Assembly (NCBI GenBank): GCA_046538155.1
Contig: JBKHJL010000011.1
Coordinates: 1-26,383 of the forward strand
DNA: 26,383 bases
Source of the DNA: Candidatus Micrarchaeia archaeon
GTDB lineage: Archaea > Micrarchaeota > Micrarchaeia > Anstonellales > Bilamarchaeaceae
Direction: 5' to 3'
Shown here piece after piece: positions 24,798 through 26,383 of this stretch. Position 1 is the stretch's first letter. The number at the start of each line of letters is the position of its first letter. Below the pieces are notes generated by a model, which was not told the DNA's origin, ran no database searches, and saw only the letters and a program-made list of their open reading frames with translations. The position numbers and the translations under genes were made by a program.

Positions 24798-25645
24798 TTC
24801 ATCATCTCCTCTGCAATTCCTGCTATTTTTTCAATTTCCGGGTGCTCTACTGGCCTTCCTTTTGAGTATGCTTCTGCTATTTCCCTGCTGTATGGTATCC
24901 TGGCAATTATTTCCAGCCCCCTGTTTTTTGCAATTTCTTCTATGAGAGTTTCATCCCCGGTTCCAGCCTTGTTCATCACTAGGTATGCAGGTATTTTCAG
25001 AACCGAGAGCAGCTCAAGTATCAGCTCCAAATCATGCGCCCCAAGAGGAGTTGCTTCCCCCACTACAAATGCGGCAGAGCATCCCCTGACCGCGGAGATT
25101 ACTGTACAGTGGGTTCCCGCAGCAGTATCCATTATTTCAATTTTGCACTTGTCCTGCATTCCAGCAAGTGTTTCTTTTGCAGAGTTCACAATAGGGGAGC
25201 CCTCTTTCTGCCCCGGCTCTATTTCCGCGCTCAGGAGCTCAACTCCGCTTCCTTTCCCCCGATATATTCTTCCTGAAACCCTCTTTTTCCTCCCTATTGC
25301 ATCCACCGGGCAGGCAATCATGCAGGCAGTGCACCCGGTGCACTGGTCTTCCATGAACTGCGGACCTGTTTCTTTGCTGAATATGATTGCGTTTTCCCTG
25401 CAGGCATCTGCACATTTCCCGCATTTTATGCATTTTTCCCGATCAATTTCCGGCAGGTCCTGTTCAACATCCTTTATTTTTTCCCTTTCAATTGAAAGAA
25501 TAAGGTGGTCGTCCGGGCAGTCGACATCAACATCTGCAAGCAGCACGCTGTGTCTTTTTGCAAGCTCCACTGCAAGGGCGGTGGAAAGCATGCTCTTTCC
25601 TGTTCCCCCCTTTCCCCCTGTAACAGCTATTCTCGTTTTAGTCAC
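24794..25645 (-). CDS. MinD-superfamily P-loop ATPase with 4Fe-4S domains (paralog)
   Basis: GGKGGTGKS, DVDVDCP, two CxxCxxCxxxC motifs and DTAAGTHC. GTG start at 25645 overlaps the upstream gene end. Confidence 0.93.
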   Translation of the reverse strand: MTKTRIAVTGGKGGTGKSMLSTALAVELAKRHSVLLADVDVDCPDDHLILSIEREKIKDVEQDLPEIDREKCIKCGKCADACRENAIIFSKETGPQFMEDQCTGCTACMIACPVDAIGRKKRVSGRIYRGKGSGVELLSAEIEPGQKEGSPIVNSAKETLAGMQDKCKIEIMDTAAGTHCTVISAVRGCSAAFVVGEATPLGAHDLELILELLSVLKIPAYLVMNKAGTGDETLIEEIAKNRGLEIIARIPYSREIAEAYSKGRPVEHPEIEKIAGIAEEMMK

Positions 25646-25985
25646 CTGATGCCTTTGGGAGTTTTCCCTGCACAAATGCATCTATGTTTTCTTTTACTGT
25701 TTCTCCTGCGCCCAGGTATGCTTCCATCCCCAGGGTGTTTATTGCTGAAAACGCCTTTGGCCCTACACTCCCTGAAATTATTGCATTTACCCCGAGCTTT
25801 TCAAGCTCCTGTGCAGCCATTATGCCTGCACCTCTTTGCTGCCCGGTTGCAGGGTTAGGGATTGATTCTGTTTTGCCTGCCTCTCCGCCCTCAATTTCAA
25901 TAATCACGAAATATGGGCATCTTCCAAATACCTTGCTCGCCCGCGCATCCAGCCCCGGGCCTTCAGAAGAAACTGCAACTTTCAT
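25638..25985 (-). CDS. NifB/NifX family FeMo-cofactor-binding-like protein
   Basis: MKVAVSS..FGRCPYFVII..GAGIMAAQ..GSVGPKAF motifs, with an AGGTG RBS. Confidence 0.92.
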   Translation of the reverse strand: MKVAVSSEGPGLDARASKVFGRCPYFVIIEIEGGEAGKTESIPNPATGQQRGAGIMAAQELEKLGVNAIISGSVGPKAFSAINTLGMEAYLGAGETVKENIDAFVQGKLPKASGD

Positions 25986-26056
25986 GTTTTGCACCTGTTT
26001 TGAATAAGTATTCAAAAGCACTTAAAAAGCTGCCTGTGCTCCTGCACCAAATTCCC

Positions 26057-26383
26057 TTATTTTGGGTAGCGAATGTTTCCGCACCTGTCAAACCACTGGG
26101 ACGCATCCTGGAAAACAGATGCTTTTCCTGCCCATTCCTGTCTGCCTGGGTTCCTTTCTTTTTCTTCCTGTTCCCAAACCATTCTTTTAACAAAAAAAAG
26201 CGCCACAAGCGCCCGCGCCTTCTTAACTGGGTTCAGGGAGGAGTCCCGGATTTTCTGCTCAAAACCGGCAATTTTGTTAATAATTTCCGAAAGCCCTTCT
26301 ACTCCCCGGTTCCCGAATTTCTCAAGCTTCATAGCCGCCTGCTCCCTGAGCACAGCCACAGGTTTCCTCCCCACGTCTCTTTT
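26057..26383 (-). CDS. Hypothetical protein (probably 5'-partial at the window edge)
   Basis: Frame open to the window edge with no recognisable motif. Confidence 0.5.
   Translation of the reverse strand, partial: KRDVGRKPVAVLREQAAMKLEKFGNRGVEGLSEIINKIAGFEQKIRDSSLNPVKKARALVALFFVKRMVWEQEEKERNPGRQEWAGKASVFQDASQWFDRCGNIRYPK

Noticed and set aside
22792..25649. Several long + strand ORFs (268, 232, 219 and 235 aa)
   Set aside because: Antisense shadows of the helicase and ATPase genes, with no motifs.
25638..25985. Nitrogen fixation locus
   Set aside because: Only a NifX-like domain is present, with no nifHDK.

Overview
Gene-dense archaeal chromosomal segment. The archaeal call rests on TATA-like boxes, GGTGA-type ribosome-binding sites, CCA-less intron-less tRNAs, Mre11 and a CDP-alcohol transferase. 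The many ORFans and FGC/GGC lipobox proteins suggest a DPANN lineage such as Micrarchaeota (inference). The left end holds the edge of an element integrated at tRNA-Ile(GAU): an intact-looking tyrosine integrase plus an AT-rich MauJ/HEPN-like cargo gene. The rest carries Mre11, a GT2, a CPA2 antiporter, tRNA-Leu(UAG), SdpI-like, DUF2797, BofA-like, AIM24, a GH8-like secreted cluster, a membrane-anchored ArsR, Pcm, tRNA-Arg(CCG), a YqjD/YqjE-like pair, an AI-2E transporter, a DEAD-box helicase and a NifX + 2x Fe-S P-loop ATPase operon. The most notable signal is an unannotated ~215-nt, multiply pseudoknotted candidate ncRNA (20408-20623) with its own TATA box and oligo-T terminator, just upstream of tRNA-Arg. 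Also notable: an 84-bp hairpin-rich unit duplicating the tRNA-Leu 5' end, a dispersed heptamer-periodic intergenic repeat family, and unannotated small ORFs. All calls come from reading the sequence by eye; no searches were run.
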